The notes under the pieces are model-generated. The model saw only the letters and a list, made by a program, of their open reading frames with translations, was not told the origin of the DNA and searched no databases. Both the position numbers and the translations under genes were made by a program. A stretch of DNA of 64,000 nucleotides from Dehalococcoidia bacterium (GTDB lineage Bacteria > Chloroflexota > Dehalococcoidia > Lucifugimonadales > HRBIN23): the NCBI GenBank assembly GCA_025060295.1, contig JANXCH010000001.1:32896-96895 (forward strand), in the 5' to 3' direction. Below, one piece after another: positions 62,384-64,000 of the stretch (position 1 is the stretch's first letter; each line of letters starts with the position of its first letter).

Positions 62384-63349
62384 CTACACGGGCACACTCG
62401 GGGCGGAGCGTCGGGACAGGGTCTCCCAGATTCCCAGGCGCGCCCCCGCAAACAGGAGCACCGCCGCATACCCCTTCCAAGGGCCCCAGCGTTGGGCCAG
62501 TGCCTGTGCCCCCTCTGCGTCTAGGGGGGCGCCCCCCGTATACAGGCGTGCCAACAGGCGCTGAAGGGCTAAGTCGCCCGCGGGGAACACCCCCGGGTGC
62601 CCCAAGCCCCGCAGAAACACCCACTCCACTGTCCATTGGCCCACACCCCTCAGGCGGAGAAGGCGCTCCCGCATCTGCTGGGGATGCCCCAAGCCCATAT
62701 CCTCCAGGGGCAGAAGGCCTTCAACCGCCTGGCGCGCGCACTCTAGGATGTACTCCACTTTGCGCTCGCTGAGGCCCACGCTGCGCAAGCCCCCTCTTCT
62801 GGCTTTCAGGATGCGCTCTGGGCTGGGGAAGGCTCTTCTCACCTGCCCGTTCCATTCCAGGCTCTCCCCGAACTGCTCCACCAGGCGGGTGCGAATGTGG
62901 CGCGCCACCCCAGCAGACACCTGTTGGCCACAGATGGCAAACACCAGGCTCTCAAAGAGGCTGGGCATGCGCGGGGGATGGAGGCCATACAGAAGGCCCA
63001 GGGCAGGCCCCAGCACGGGGTCGCTCCGGATGTGGGCATAGAAGGGCTTGAGGTCGGCGGAAGTGTTAAGAATCCATTCGGCCCGCTCCATAGCCCAGGC
63101 GGTATCCTGGGGGGAAAGGGTCGGCCCCACGACCTGGATGCCCAGGGAGGGGTGGTCGGGGTCTTCGGGGTGGGACAGGGTGGTGATGCGCACCAGGAGG
63201 GGGCGTGTGTGGCGCACCAGCAGGCGGGAGAAGACCCCGTTCTGGAAGGTATCGGCCCCCACCTGGCCCTGGAAGGCGGTTTGGTAGCCGGCGGTGAGGG
63301 CCAGGCTGAAGGGTGGGGTGGGGGAGATACACCCCTCCCAGTGCTCCAC
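62384..63349 (-). CDS. HhH-GPD superfamily DNA glycosylase (AlkA / 3-methyladenine glycosylase II-like)
   Basis: Helix-hairpin-helix LLRLRGVGQWTVEWV followed by the Gly/Pro loop and catalytic Asp (GHPGVFPAGDLAL), with an N-terminal AlkA-like domain. Confidence 0.8.
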   Translation of the reverse strand: MEHWEGCISPTPPFSLALTAGYQTAFQGQVGADTFQNGVFSRLLVRHTRPLLVRITTLSHPEDPDHPSLGIQVVGPTLSPQDTAWAMERAEWILNTSADLKPFYAHIRSDPVLGPALGLLYGLHPPRMPSLFESLVFAICGQQVSAGVARHIRTRLVEQFGESLEWNGQVRRAFPSPERILKARRGGLRSVGLSERKVEYILECARQAVEGLLPLEDMGLGHPQQMRERLLRLRGVGQWTVEWVFLRGLGHPGVFPAGDLALQRLLARLYTGGAPLDAEGAQALAQRWGPWKGYAAVLLFAGARLGIWETLSRRSAPSVPV

Positions 63350-63354
63350 AGCCC

Positions 63355-64000
<646 letters not shown>

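Overview
GC-rich (GC3-skewed) bacterial chromosomal segment with about 66 protein-coding genes and 2 tRNAs (Pro-CGG, Asp-GTC). I found no rRNA, CRISPR array, transposase, integrase or phage genes. Most of the window is core metabolism. It holds pgk-apgM-tpiA-miaA; glyQS; a GuaB3-type IMPDH paralogue; a divergent coxG / coxS-coxL-coxM cluster of the form II (AYRGAGR) type; and a membrane pyrophosphatase divergent from an 11-gene nuo (complex I) operon that lacks nuoEFG. It also holds a peptide-type ABC importer without ATPase genes, a T-box-controlled trpB2-trpE-trpG operon, cofE, purH, a tandem-fused thyX, priA-rplS, prs, and the 3' end of rpoD. The gene content (archaeal-type ApgM, TrpB2, T-box on trp genes, F420 ligase, nuo without EFG) fits a thermophilic Chloroflexota-like organism, but that placement is inference only. 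The most unusual features are these: (1) a HEPN / minimal-nucleotidyltransferase (type VII TA-like) pair sits exactly between nuoK and nuoL inside the complex I operon; (2) a well-formed, apparently Trp-specific T-box leader precedes an atypical trp operon that runs on into a Zn-ribbon ORF and two stand-alone RAM-domain genes flanking trmO; (3) a 773-aa lipoprotein with three CARDB-like repeats and an HExxH domain lies directly downstream of coxG; (4) an N-terminal amidohydrolase remnant marks a rearrangement junction. All functional calls come from reading motifs in the translated ORFs. No database search was possible, and start codons are often uncertain by tens of nt.
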